DNA from: Minisyncoccota bacterium
GTDB lineage: Bacteria; Patescibacteriota; Minisyncoccia; Phycocordibacterales; XYD1-FULL-46-19
NCBI GenBank assembly: GCA_041649495.1
Contig: JBAZMZ010000003.1
Location: forward strand, 6,602-70,601
Length of the DNA stretch: 64,000 bases
Direction of reading: 5' to 3'
The stretch's first letter is position 1. Every line of letters starts with the position of its first letter. The position numbers and the translations under genes are program-made. Shown here piece by piece: positions 55,495 to 63,545 of this stretch. The notes beneath the pieces were generated by a model. The model saw only the letters and a program-made list of their open reading frames with translations, had not been told where the DNA came from and did no database searches.

Positions 55495-56454
55495 ATGATA
55501 GATTTCAACATCATCTTCCCATCCAAGCCTCGCATTGTTAGCGAATCCGCCGAGGGCGGTATTTACGAGATCGAGGGTCTCTACCCTGGCTATGGTCACA
55601 CCTTGGGTAATTCTTTGCGCCGAATTATCTTATCGTCTTTGCCGGGTTGGGCGATCACCTCAATCAAAATCGACGGGGTTAATCATGAGTTTTCCTCAAT
55701 TGCTGGCGTTAAAGAGGACATGATCAATGTTATTTTAAATCTAAAAAAAGTCCGTTTCAACGTCGTCGGTGACGAAAGCCAAGTAATTAAATTCCATTTC
55801 AAGGGTGGCAAGGAGGCCACCGCCAAGGATCTCGAGGTCCCCGGCCAAGTTGAAGTTATTAATCCTGAACAATATATTGCTAATGTCTCCGACAAAAGTG
55901 CTTCGCTCGACGGAGAACTAACAATTGAAAAAGGGATCGGTTATATTCCCAGCGAAACCCTCAAGAAAGACAAGGTGGAGATTGGTTCAATCGTTTTAGA
56001 TGCCGCCTTCACCCCAATCAAGAAAGCTAATTACGAGGTTGAAAATATGCGCGTTGGCAATCGAACTGATTTCAACAAATTGATTCTTCATATCGAAACT
56101 GATGGCACCATTTCGCCCCACGAAGCGTTAGAAAAGAGTATTTACATTATGATTGAACAACTCAAGGCGATTGTTGGCTTCAAAGAAGAGGCGGTTGAAG
56201 AAATCAAAACCAAAGACGATAAAAAAGTGACCGAAACCGACAAAGAAGAGGAGGCCGACATTTTGAAAACCAAGATTGAGGACCTCGGACTCTCGGTTCG
56301 CACCCAAAAAGCCCTTACTAATGCCGGCGTTCGAACCGTCGGGGGCCTCGGTCGTAAGAAGGAGGCCGATGTTAAAGAAATTGAAGGTTTGGGCGATAAA
56401 GGTTTACAAGAAATCAAAAAAGTGTTAGAAGAGTATGGTCTAACCCTAAAATAA
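55495..56454 (+). CDS. rpoA: DNA-directed RNA polymerase subunit alpha
   Basis: [44 protein letters not shown] and C-terminal HhH domain ([19 protein letters not shown]). Confidence 0.9.
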   Translation: [319 protein letters not shown]

Positions 56455-56460
56455 GTTATT

Positions 56461-56814
56461 ATGCGTCACCAAGTTAAAGGCCGAAAATTCAATCGTGTTA
56501 AGAAGGTTCGCACCGCTTTAGTGCGTTCTTTGGCGAGTAGCTTAATTTTACGCGAGAAGATCAGGACCACTGAGCCCAAAGCCAAAGAAATTCGACCTTA
56601 CGTTGAAAAATTGGTGACCAAAGCCAAGAAAGACACCCTGACCAATCGTCGTAATGTGATCGAGAAAATCGGCCAGAACAAAGAAGTTATCACTAAATTG
56701 TTCGGCGAATTAGGCCCTCGTTTTGAGAAAAAGGCTGGCGGTTATACCCGAATTACTAAACTTGGTCGACGAATTAGCGATGGGAGCGCCATGGCGGTAA
56801 TTGAATTTATTTAG
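56461..56814 (+). CDS. rplQ: 50S ribosomal protein L17
   Basis: MRHQVKGRKFNRVKKVRTALVRSLASSLILREKIRTTEPKAKE. Confidence 0.9.
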   Translation: MRHQVKGRKFNRVKKVRTALVRSLASSLILREKIRTTEPKAKEIRPYVEKLVTKAKKDTLTNRRNVIEKIGQNKEVITKLFGELGPRFEKKAGGYTRITKLGRRISDGSAMAVIEFI

Positions 56815-56851
56815 CCGATGCGAATTTACGAATAATGCGAATGATACGAAT

Positions 56852-57217
56852 ATGAAAAAAGAAGTAGAGAAAAAAGAATACACCATAGATGCCACTGGCA
56901 AAGCGCTGGGGAGGGTCGCGACGGAAGCGGCCAATCTTTTGCGGGGCAAAAATACGACCTCGTTTGTTAAAAATCTTGCACCCAAAGTGACAGTCAAGAT
57001 TACCAACGCGAGCAAATTAGATGTGACCCAAAAGAAAATGCGCGAGAAGATTTATACTCATTATACTGGCCATCCAGGTGGCTTACGAAAGACCTCCTTA
57101 ACTCGAATGGTTGAAAACAAGGGTTGGGCCGAACCAATCAAAAAAGCCGTTTTTGGCATGTTGCCCGCTAATCGTCTGCGTGCCGTAATTATAAAAAACT
57201 TAATCATTACTGATTAG
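56852..57217 (+). CDS. rplM: 50S ribosomal protein L13
   Basis: KEYTIDATGKALGRVATEAANLLRGK...GHPGGL; ATG at 56852 avoids overlap with rplQ. Confidence 0.85.
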   Translation: MKKEVEKKEYTIDATGKALGRVATEAANLLRGKNTTSFVKNLAPKVTVKITNASKLDVTQKKMREKIYTHYTGHPGGLRKTSLTRMVENKGWAEPIKKAVFGMLPANRLRAVIIKNLIITD

Positions 57218-57244
57218 CGCAATCCGAATCCACAAATAAAAAAT

Positions 57245-57655
57245 ATGCCAACTAAAGAAAACAAGGAGAAATACTATGAGGGAGTGGGCCGACGCAAAAC
57301 GGCGACCGCGCGGGTTCGAATTACTCCGGCGAACAAAGACAGTTTTGAAATCAACGACCAAAAGCTCGAGGCCTATTTCCCAACTATCGAAATGCGCGAA
57401 CGAGTCAAAAAAGCGTTAGCCAAAATTGGTGAACATGGCACTTTTGCCGTTACGGTTAAGTCCAACGGTGGGGGAATTAGTGGCCAAACCGATGCGGTAA
57501 TTATGGGCCTCGGCCGAGCCATCATCGCTCATAAGCCAGAAACTAAGCCGGAGATGAAGAAGGAGGGGATGACTACCCGCGACGACCGCGCCAAAGAACG
57601 TCGCAAATTCGGCCTCAAAAAAGCCCGCAAATCTCCACAGTGGAGCAAACGTTAA
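57245..57655 (+). CDS. rpsI: 30S ribosomal protein S9
   Basis: YEGVGRRKTATARVRI...GGGISGQTDAVIMGLGRAI...ERRKFGLKKARKSPQWSKR. Confidence 0.9.
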   Translation: MPTKENKEKYYEGVGRRKTATARVRITPANKDSFEINDQKLEAYFPTIEMRERVKKALAKIGEHGTFAVTVKSNGGGISGQTDAVIMGLGRAIIAHKPETKPEMKKEGMTTRDDRAKERRKFGLKKARKSPQWSKR

Positions 57656-57699
57656 ACCCGAATTTCCCCAAAAAACTCTTCCGCAAAAATCTCCAAACT

Positions 57700-57949
57700 C
57701 TTGGGGGTTTTTGCTTTTTATCCAATCTATGCAATAATACTGTTAGACAACTCCTGCTTTCTGCCTCAAGTCTTCGGACAGAAACCCACCTTTTTGTGGG
57801 TAGGTTGGGCGAGAAAAGGGCCCCTTTGTGGATGCCCCCCTCGCCACAGGCGGATCGTATTCCACGTCCCGTTTCTGCACGATTCGCGCCGGGGATGTAA
57901 AAAAGGGAGTTGTTTAGGGGGTGTGCCGTTCGCGGCCCCCCGTTTTTTT
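57700..57949 (+). ncRNA. GC-rich ~250-nt intergenic element ending in an intrinsic terminator; candidate sRNA (SRP/6S-type not confirmed) or IS-proximal structure
   Basis: ~55% GC block between rpsI and the transposon; hairpins CCCACCTTTTTGTGGG and GGGGGTGTGCCGTTCGCGGCCCCCC followed by T7 at 57916-57949; no ORF with protein character. Confidence 0.3.
57916..57949 (+). terminator. rho-independent terminator
   Basis: GGGGGTGTGCCG-TTCG-CGGCCCCCC then GTTTTTTT. Confidence 0.6.
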
Positions 57950-57988
57950 ATCCCCAGCAAACCACACTTACCCCCACATTACCAATGT

Positions 57989-58860
57989 ATCGAAGTCGAA
58001 CTTCGGAAGTATGGTAAAAAGTGGATAATTAGAAAAAGTCTTAAGATCTATTATCAAACCCGAGGCTATTCAAACGACAAATGGCCAAGATCCGAAAAGT
58101 CTAAATCTTTTAACCACCTTATCAAATCTTCTTCTGAAAAATCAATGTCAAAACTTGGAAGAAATTCTTTGTTGAGAGTCTTAGAATAATAATTTTGGCC
58201 ACAATAATCAGCCAAGCTGGACCATCGATAACTTAGCAGAAAGTGAGCTGCTCGTTCCCAATCAGAAATCTCCCTTTCCTTCCAATTACTTTCTATCAAA
58301 TCCAAAGGATTAAAATGGATATAAAAAGGCAAATAAGTTAAATATTCCTCATCTTCGATCAACACCGATTTAAATTTACCCTGAAAAAGCGGGCCCACAC
58401 GCTCATGTTTGATATTAAAATAATTAGTATAGCCAGTGCCCATTTTTCGCATGAATTCCGTTAAACCATTTTCAACCAAGGGTCGGACAATCAGATGGAA
58501 ATGGTTAGGCATCATAACAAAAGCCAAAATATCAACCATGCGATCTCGATTGTCTTTATCCTCCAAACGAGTTTGTCCACAAACACGGCTATTCTCAACT
58601 GGTCTAGCATCGTTATACAAAAAAAGACTGTCGGCAAAACGAGAGCGATCAACATTATCAACAAAAATATCCCTTTTTTCCACCCCTCGGTTGAAGACAT
58701 GAAAAATGCCACCAAAATCAGTTTCCTCCATTTTAACCTCCATATGACCTATATAATGTCTTGAAATACTATCGAAGTCGAACTTCGGAAGTATGGTAAA
58801 AAGTGGATAAGTCAGCAAAAAGACTAAAAAACCCTTATTTATCGGAAGTCGAACTTCGAT
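57989..58860 (-). mobile_element. IS200/IS605-family-like element (tnpA only) bounded by same-orientation subterminal hairpins
   Basis: 40-bp direct copies ATCGAAGTCGAACTTCGGAAGTATGGTAAAAAGTGGATAA at 57989-58028 and 58771-58810, plus a third hairpin CGGAAGTCGAACTTCGAT at 58843-58860; the interior encodes a Y1 HUH transposase; hairpin core matches the genome-wide GAAGTC..GACTTC mini-elements. Confidence 0.6.
58066..58743 (-). CDS. tnpA: Y1 (HUH) tyrosine transposase, IS200-like / REP-associated (RAYT-like)
   Basis: HUH motif MMPNHFHLIV and Tyr region GTGYTNYFNIKHERVGPLFQGKF (Y..Q); start taken at MEVKMEETDF because the upstream in-frame codons are the terminal hairpin itself. Confidence 0.65.
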   Translation of the reverse strand: MEVKMEETDFGGIFHVFNRGVEKRDIFVDNVDRSRFADSLFLYNDARPVENSRVCGQTRLEDKDNRDRMVDILAFVMMPNHFHLIVRPLVENGLTEFMRKMGTGYTNYFNIKHERVGPLFQGKFKSVLIEDEEYLTYLPFYIHFNPLDLIESNWKEREISDWERAAHFLLSYRWSSLADYCGQNYYSKTLNKEFLPSFDIDFSEEDLIRWLKDLDFSDLGHLSFE

Positions 58861-58896
58861 ATTGCAAGGTAAAATTATGGTGGTATAATAACCACC

Positions 58897-59460
58897 ATGG
58901 ACAAAAAATCTGACGTTGACATTGAATTTGAGGAGAATACTGAAGATCGAGCGCCAGAAGGGGCAGATTTGGCCGAAAAATTGAAGAGATTAAGAGCTGA
59001 GGTCAAAACCTGCCACACTGAACGCGCCGAATATCTAGCTGGCTGGCAGAGAGCCAAGGCGGACTATCTGAACCTTAAAAAAGAGCAGGAGGAGAATCGC
59101 CACGAGATTGGCCGTTGGGCTAAGGAAGGGGTACTAACTGACCTTTTCATCATCGCCGACAGTTTCGAAATGGCTTTTGGCAACAAAGAGGCTTGGGAGC
59201 AGGCACCAGAGAATTGGCGCAAAGGCATTGAGTACATCTACAATCAACTCCAAACCATTTTCCGCGATCACGGTGTCGAAGAGATCAGTCCGAAGATTGG
59301 TGACAAATTTAATCACGCCGAGCAAGAACCAATTGGCACGGTCCCAACCGAAAGCGAAGCTGAAGATGACGAGATTGCCGAGGTAATTAAAAAAGGTTAC
59401 AAATTGCACGGCAAGATCGTAAGACCAGCTAGTGTTAGGGTAAAACACTTCTCAAAATAA
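58897..59460 (+). CDS. grpE: nucleotide exchange factor GrpE
   Basis: Coiled-coil region (LKRLRAEV..RAEYLAGWQRAKADYLNLKKEQEE) and GrpE beta-domain (EVIKKGYKLHGKIVRPASVRV). Confidence 0.85.
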   Translation: MDKKSDVDIEFEENTEDRAPEGADLAEKLKRLRAEVKTCHTERAEYLAGWQRAKADYLNLKKEQEENRHEIGRWAKEGVLTDLFIIADSFEMAFGNKEAWEQAPENWRKGIEYIYNQLQTIFRDHGVEEISPKIGDKFNHAEQEPIGTVPTESEAEDDEIAEVIKKGYKLHGKIVRPASVRVKHFSK

Positions 59461-59589
59461 ATTCGAAATTACAAACACTAAATCCAAAACAAATATTAAA
59501 TATGAAATCGCAAATTATAAACGAAAAGTTTCAAATTTGAAAATTTGTTTAGAGTTTAGAAATTATTATTTATAATTTAAATTAATATT

Positions 59590-61536
59590 ATGGCAAAAAT
59601 TTTAGGCATTGATTTAGGCACAACGAACTCGGCGATGGCCGTGGTTGAGGGCGGTTCACCCCGAATTGTCGAAAATGTGGAGGGGATGCGGACGACGCCC
59701 TCAATTGTCGCGGTCTCCAAAGCTGGTGAGCGATTAGTGGGTCAATTGGCCAAGCGCCAAGCGATTACCAACCCGAAAAATACCATCTCGGGCGTGAAGC
59801 GCTTGATGGGCCATAAATTTAACGACCCGAATATTCAAAAAGATAAGGGGCTCGTGTCGTTCGCAATGGAGCAATCGGCTGATGGTGGCGTACAAGTGAA
59901 GATGGGCGACAAATCATTAAGACCAGAAGAAGTTTCGTCCCAAATTTTACAAAAATTAAAGCATGACGCCGAGGCCAAGTTGGGTGAAAAAATTGACGAA
60001 GCGGTCATCACTGTGCCGGCCTACTTCGACGACTCACAACGCAAGGCGACAAAAGACGCGGGCGAAATTGCCGGCTTCAAGGTGCGACGCATCATCAACG
60101 AGCCAACGGCCGCCGCTCTCGCCTATGGTCTCGACAAAAAGAAAGATGAGAAAATTGTGGTGTACGACTTTGGTGGCGGAACTTTCGACGTTTCGGTGCT
60201 CGAAATTATCGGTGGCGAAGAAGAGCAAAGCATCTCCGTTAAATCCACCGACGGCGACTCGCATATGGGCGGTGAAGATATTGATCAAAAAATCATTAAG
60301 TGGATTGGCGACGAATTTAAAAAGCAAACCGGCCTTGATATTACCCACGACGAGCTTGCTCTCCAACGCTTGAAGGAGGCCGCCGAAAAAGCCAAACATG
60401 AACTCTCGACGATGAATCAAACCGAGATTAATATTCCGTTTATCAGCTCCGATGCCTCGGGCCCCGTCCATCTCAATATGAGTATGACTCGCGCCACACT
60501 CGAAGATTTGGCTCGTGAGTTTATTGACCGTTCAATCGAAATTACCAAACGCGCCATGACCGCTTCTGGTTTCGGCATGAACGAAATTAACGAGATTATT
60601 ATGGTGGGCGGTCAGACCCGCATGCCCGCTATCCATGACGCCGTGAAAAACCTGTTTGGCAAAGAACCTAATCACACCATTAACCCTGACGAGGTGGTGG
60701 CCATCGGGGCCGCGATTCAAGGTGGAATTTTCCAAGGTGATGTGAAGGATGTGCTCTTGCTCGATGTCACTCCGCTCTCGCTCGGCATTGAAACGATGGG
60801 TGGCGTCGCGACTAAAATTATTGAGCGCAATACGACTATCCCAACCTCCCGTTCGCAAATCTTCTCGACCGCGGCGGACAATCAAACCTCCGTCGAAATT
60901 CATATTGTTCAAGGCGAACGCGAGCTCGTGGCTGATAACAAAACGCTTGGACGCTTTATCCTCGATGGCATCCCGCCCTCACCGCGAGGCTTACCGCAAG
61001 TGGAAGTGACTTTTGACCTTGACGCCAACGGCATTCTCTCGGTCAAGGCCAAAGACAAGGCGACCAACAAAGAGCAATCAATTCGCATTGAGGCCAAAAC
61101 CAGCTTGAGCAAAGAGGACATCGAGAAGATGAAAAAAGATGCCGAACTTCACGCCGAAGAGGATAAAAAGAAACGCGAAGTAATTGACACCCGCAACATG
61201 GCCGACCAATTGATTTACACGGCCGAAAAAAGTTTGAAAGACGCCGACGGTGTACCCGAAGGCGAAAAGAAAATTCCTGAAGAGATTAAAAGGGGAGTGG
61301 AAGATAAAATTACCGCTTTGAAAGGTGTCAAAGATGGTGAGGATATCGAAGCGATCAAAACTGCCACCTCCGCCCTCTCGACCGAAATGTCAAAAATTGG
61401 TGAAGCGATGATGAAAAATGCTAACCCCGCCGATGGCGCTAATCCCAATCCCGCCTCCGCTGACGCTCCGGCGGGCGACAACCCCTCCGACACCTCCACC
61501 GGCGAAGGCAACGTCCGCGACGCGGAAACAAAGTAG
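59590..61536 (+). CDS. dnaK: molecular chaperone DnaK (Hsp70)
   Basis: [36 protein letters not shown]; 648 aa. Confidence 0.95.
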   Translation: MAKILGIDLGTTNSAMAVVEGGSPRIVENVEGMRTTPSIVAVSKAGERLVGQLAKRQAITNPKNTISGVKRLMGHKFNDPNIQKDKGLVSFAMEQSADGGVQVKMGDKSLRPEEVSSQILQKLKHDAEAKLGEKIDEAVITVPAYFDDSQRKATKDAGEIAGFKVRRIINEPTAAALAYGLDKKKDEKIVVYDFGGGTFDVSVLEIIGGEEEQSISVKSTDGDSHMGGEDIDQKIIKWIGDEFKKQTGLDITHDELALQRLKEAAEKAKHELSTMNQTEINIPFISSDASGPVHLNMSMTRATLEDLAREFIDRSIEITKRAMTASGFGMNEINEIIMVGGQTRMPAIHDAVKNLFGKEPNHTINPDEVVAIGAAIQGGIFQGDVKDVLLLDVTPLSLGIETMGGVATKIIERNTTIPTSRSQIFSTAADNQTSVEIHIVQGERELVADNKTLGRFILDGIPPSPRGLPQVEVTFDLDANGILSVKAKDKATNKEQSIRIEAKTSLSKEDIEKMKKDAELHAEEDKKKREVIDTRNMADQLIYTAEKSLKDADGVPEGEKKIPEEIKRGVEDKITALKGVKDGEDIEAIKTATSALSTEMSKIGEAMMKNANPADGANPNPASADAPAGDNPSDTSTGEGNVRDAETK

Positions 61537-61564
61537 CTTTTAGGTTTTAGCTGGTAGCTTGTAG

Positions 61565-61599
61565 GTTTAGAAGTCGTATCTCGCGTAGCCAGATCCGAC
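61565..61599. repeat. palindromic mini-element GAAGTCGTATCTCGCGTAGCCAGATCCGACTTCGA, intergenic copy 3' of dnaK
   Basis: Identical to the in-frame copy at 9670-9704. Confidence 0.85.
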
Positions 61600-61698
61600 T
61601 TCGAAACCGGCTCATTAAAAAAATTGAATAGGAAAACCCGCCGGCGATGAACGTCAACGGATAATCCGTTTTCGTCTCGCGCGACGGGTTGTTATGAG

Positions 61699-62130
61699 TC
61701 ACACGTCCCAAACGTCCGTCTCCTCGCCCAAGTACTTGCCTTCGGCAACACGAGGACGGCCAAGGAAGAGGGTGAGGAAATCGGCCAAGAATTCGCGGTC
61801 GCTCGTCCTCATGTCCAACAAGAGCTTGGACTTGGCCGAACCGGCATCAGCGTGGCCACGAGTCAGCCTCCCAAACTCCCGCCCTTCCCAAACACGGAGT
61901 TCGAAAAGTGGCAAGTTGTGATCGCGATCAAAGTCGATCGCTTCACGGGGGAGAGTAACGGTTACCTCCCGAGATTCTTTTCGCAAAAGGTCAATGAAAC
62001 GACCAAGCGAACCACCATTATACTCCCGAATGCGACTATCCATGGAACATCTCCTTTTCAATGACCACCGGCCTAAGACGGGATCGTTACTATCTGCTTC
62101 TAGTATAGCATACCCATATTTTTTTGTCAA
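61699..62130 (-). CDS. hypothetical protein on the opposite strand between dnaK and dnaJ (higher GC)
   Basis: 143-aa ORF, ~55% GC, no recognised motif; interrupts the normally contiguous dnaK-dnaJ pair and is flanked by a mini-element. Confidence 0.3.
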   Translation of the reverse strand: MTKKYGYAILEADSNDPVLGRWSLKRRCSMDSRIREYNGGSLGRFIDLLRKESREVTVTLPREAIDFDRDHNLPLFELRVWEGREFGRLTRGHADAGSAKSKLLLDMRTSDREFLADFLTLFLGRPRVAEGKYLGEETDVWDV

Positions 62131-62318
62131 CCCACATCTTGTCCCTCTCTAAAAACGTAGTATAATGGCAAAGAAAGCACGAAATCTTAAATCCGAAATT
62201 CTAAACAAATCCCAATACTTAAATTCCAAAAAATAAACGGGTTTGTTTGAGGTTTATGATTTAGATTTTGGAATTTGTTTCGAATTTAGTGCTTATAATT
62301 TAGAATTTTAGAAAATTT

Positions 62319-63467
62319 ATGTCCAAAGACTATTACAAAACCCTAGGCGTGGAGAAGAAAGCCTCGAAGGAGGAGGTCAAGAAGGCCTTTCATAAACTTG
62401 CTCACAAATATCACCCCGACAAGCAAGGCGGTGATGAGCAAAAGTTTAAGGAAATCAACGAGGCCTATCAAATTCTCTCAGATGATAATAAGCGCGCGCA
62501 ATATGATCAATTTGGGAGTGGTGCTTTTAATGGTGCAGGTCCGGGACCGGGTGCTGGTGGGTTTGGAGGACAGGGGGGCTGGGGTGGCTTTGATTTTAGT
62601 GGCTTTCAAAATGGTGGAGGTTTTTCCGCCCAAGGCGGACCAGCCTCGGGCTGGGAATTCGACTTAGGCGATATTTTCGGCGACTTTTTTGGTGGACAAG
62701 GCCGAGGGCAAACACAAGCCAGGCGCGGGCGCGACATCTCCGTTGACATTCAAATCAGTTTTAAAGAAGCCGTTTTTGGCACCGAGCGAAATATTTTGAT
62801 CACCAAGGTTAGCCAATGCGAGAGTTGTCATGGCAGTGGCGCCGAAGCCGGTTCGCAAATGAAGAAATGCCCTACTTGTGGTGGTAAGGGCAAAGTCAAC
62901 GAAACTCGTCGTTCAATTTTTGGCGTTTTCCAATCTTCTAGAATTTGCGATACCTGTCTTGGCCGAGGCGAAGTGCCCGAGAAAAAATGCCCAACCTGCA
63001 AGGGCGCTGGCGTTTTAAACAAACAAGAAAGTATTAAGGTCACAATCCCATCCGGTCTTGATAATGGCGAGATGATCCGTCTGACTGGTCAAGGTGAAGC
63101 CACCCCGGGTGGCCAAAACGGCGATTTGTATGTAAAAATCCATGTTGAGAAAGATATCAATTTCAAACGCGTCGGCAACGACCTCACGACCGAGCTGAAA
63201 GTCAAATTGACTGATGCCATTTTAGGAGGCGAAAAACAGCTCGAGACCCTCGATGGCCCCCTGACCCTCAAAATACCGTCTGGCCTCGCCTACGGCGAAA
63301 TTTTGCGCGTCAAGGGCAAAGGGGTGCCTATCGGTTCGACTTCGCTCACCACAAGCCACCATGGCCGTCGGGGAGACCTTCTCGTTCGCGTCACTTTCCC
63401 CACTCCTGCCAAACTCTCCCGTTCCGCCAAAAAGGCGATCGAAGACTTACGCGAAGAGGGGATATAA
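62319..63467 (+). CDS. dnaJ: molecular chaperone DnaJ
   Basis: J domain DYYKTLGV..HKLAHKYHPDK, Gly/Phe-rich region, four CxxCxGxG zinc-finger repeats. Confidence 0.9.
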   Translation: MSKDYYKTLGVEKKASKEEVKKAFHKLAHKYHPDKQGGDEQKFKEINEAYQILSDDNKRAQYDQFGSGAFNGAGPGPGAGGFGGQGGWGGFDFSGFQNGGGFSAQGGPASGWEFDLGDIFGDFFGGQGRGQTQARRGRDISVDIQISFKEAVFGTERNILITKVSQCESCHGSGAEAGSQMKKCPTCGGKGKVNETRRSIFGVFQSSRICDTCLGRGEVPEKKCPTCKGAGVLNKQESIKVTIPSGLDNGEMIRLTGQGEATPGGQNGDLYVKIHVEKDINFKRVGNDLTTELKVKLTDAILGGEKQLETLDGPLTLKIPSGLAYGEILRVKGKGVPIGSTSLTTSHHGRRGDLLVRVTFPTPAKLSRSAKKAIEDLREEGI

Positions 63468-63485
63468 TCGCTAAAAACCCTTATT

Positions 63486-63530
63486 GTGCGATATCCAATC
63501 TCGCACAGTATGGTAAAAAGGGGATAAGTT
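63486..63530. repeat. solo IS-end-like sequence (GTGCGATATCCAATCTCGCAC hairpin plus AGTATGGTAAAAAGGGGATAAGTT)
   Basis: Tail matches the transposon ends at 58005 and 58787; TCGATATCCAATCTCG also occurs at 46081 after mnmA. Confidence 0.6.
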
Positions 63531-63545
63531 AAAAATATTATCAAA

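Noticed and set aside
58744-58818. N-terminal 25 residues of the transposase ORF (MLTYPLFTILPKFDFDSISRHYIGH) and similar LTYPLFTIL peptide in ORF 63290-63643
   Set aside because: These codons are the reverse-strand reading of the conserved IS terminal repeat (TATGGTAAAAAGTGGATAA), not protein-coding sequence.
59963-61511. Multiple 60-145 aa ORFs on both strands inside dnaK (e.g. 59963-60373 +, 60034-60471 -, 60532-60912 -, 61215-61511 -)
   Set aside because: They overlap the conserved DnaK frame, are Ala/Arg/Gly-rich translations of GC-rich codon positions and have no independent start context; treated as shadow ORFs.
59461-62318. CIRCE/HrcA operator upstream of dnaK or dnaJ (TTAGTGCT at 62288)
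   Set aside because: No TTAGCACTC-N9-GAGTGCTAA inverted repeat is present; only half-site-like fragments in AT-rich DNA.
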